Origin: Nitrosopumilus sp.
GTDB lineage: Archaea; Thermoproteota; Nitrososphaeria; Nitrososphaerales; Nitrosopumilaceae
NCBI GenBank assembly: GCA_965207445.1
Contig: CBDBLX010000002.1
Location: forward strand, 1-64,000
Length of the DNA: 64,000 nucleotides
Direction of reading: 5' to 3'
The number at the start of each line of letters is the position of its first letter. The first letter of the stretch is position 1. Position numbers and translations under genes: made by a program. Below are positions 63,243-64,000 of this stretch, one piece after another. Under the pieces are notes generated by a model. The model made no database searches and had not been told where the DNA came from. It saw only the letters and a list, made by a program, of their open reading frames with translations.

Positions 63243-64000
63243 ATGTTTGCGTTAGAAATTGAGTACCTAAATGGCATCTCATTTTCAGCAGCCAGAAGTG
63301 ACAAGAATGAGGTAGAGTGGCCCCCCAATCCCGATAGAGTCTTCTTAGCCCTTGTTGCGGCATGGGGAGAATCAACCAAGGATCCAGAAGAGGCCGATGC
63401 CTTGCGGTGGCTAGAATCGCAGAATCCCCCCGACGTGTTGGTTCCACATGCGCACCGCCGTACAGATTTTAAAAATTTTGTTCCAACATCAAGCAACGAC
63501 GCGCAATCACTTACATACTTTGGACATAAAGAGATCAAGGGCCGAGGAAAGGTGTACGAACCTATATACGAGATCGAAAAAAACATAATACGAAAACAGA
63601 GATTCTTTCCCGCAATGGTCCTGCCAGACGACAGTAGAGTCGTATATATGATATGGAACGCTTCAGACGTCCCCGCAAAGTATCGTACTGCACTCCTAAA
63701 TCTAACAAGTAGCGTGTCACGACTGGGTCATTCTGCGTCACTGGTGCGCGTCACGGTGTCGCCCGGTACAAACCATCATAAATGTGAAAACAGGTGGGTC
63801 CGCAACGACGACGAAGGTTACCTTTTTCTCCGTTGTCCGTACAAGGGAAGATTTGATAGTTTAACAGAAGAGTACCAACATTATAGTAGTCTGGAGGATA
63901 CACCGTTTAGATGGCGCCCGAGCAGAGCACCCGCTCACAGGTATTTAAAACATGTGTCCGAAGAGATTCCAAACAGAATGGGAGGTGACTGGACGGTTCT
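63243..64000 (+). CDS. csb2: Type I-G CRISPR-associated Csb2 (Cas5-Cas6 fusion), 3'-partial
   Basis: MFALEIEYLNG...EWPPNPDRVFLALVA, ALRWLE, RFFP, LGHSASLV; open to the window end. Confidence 0.9.
   Translation, partial: MFALEIEYLNGISFSAARSDKNEVEWPPNPDRVFLALVAAWGESTKDPEEADALRWLESQNPPDVLVPHAHRRTDFKNFVPTSSNDAQSLTYFGHKEIKGRGKVYEPIYEIEKNIIRKQRFFPAMVLPDDSRVVYMIWNASDVPAKYRTALLNLTSSVSRLGHSASLVRVTVSPGTNHHKCENRWVRNDDEGYLFLRCPYKGRFDSLTEEYQHYSSLEDTPFRWRPSRAPAHRYLKHVSEEIPNRMGGDWTV

Overview
Archaeal chromosome segment whose gene content and order point to Nitrososphaeria/Thaumarchaeota, probably Nitrosopumilaceae. The clues are IPxWIKNxAxWW-repeat protein, blue-copper protein, bacterial-type MetK, cobalamin cbi genes, aIF2, rps6e, Nop10 and Sm. 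The backbone holds nurA-herA-mre11-rad50, grpE-dnaK-dnaJ, tRNA-Gln, RPA, an Lhr helicase, a RadA paralog, a B12 cluster and translation genes. It is interrupted by many mobile elements whose ends and target-site duplications (TSDs) can be read directly. These are two composite elements with TA(G/A)CGTGTTGCATAA ends and 8-bp TSDs, an IS1595 with an 8-bp TSD, and an 81-bp IS66-type MITE family with 9-bp TSDs. That family includes a 3.4-kb composite carrying a secreted protein plus a small membrane protein. Main highlights: (i) two divergent DUF3800 loci, each followed by a convergent, promoter-bearing structured RNA candidate; (ii) the IS66-bounded putative toxin/immunity cargo; (iii) the start of a type I-G CRISPR-Cas operon (csb1/cas7, csb2) behind an unpaired IS66-type end; (iv) a 580-bp duplication that uncoupled the divergent cbiA/cobO pair. 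No CRISPR array is inside the window. All calls are by eye from motifs; no database searches were run.
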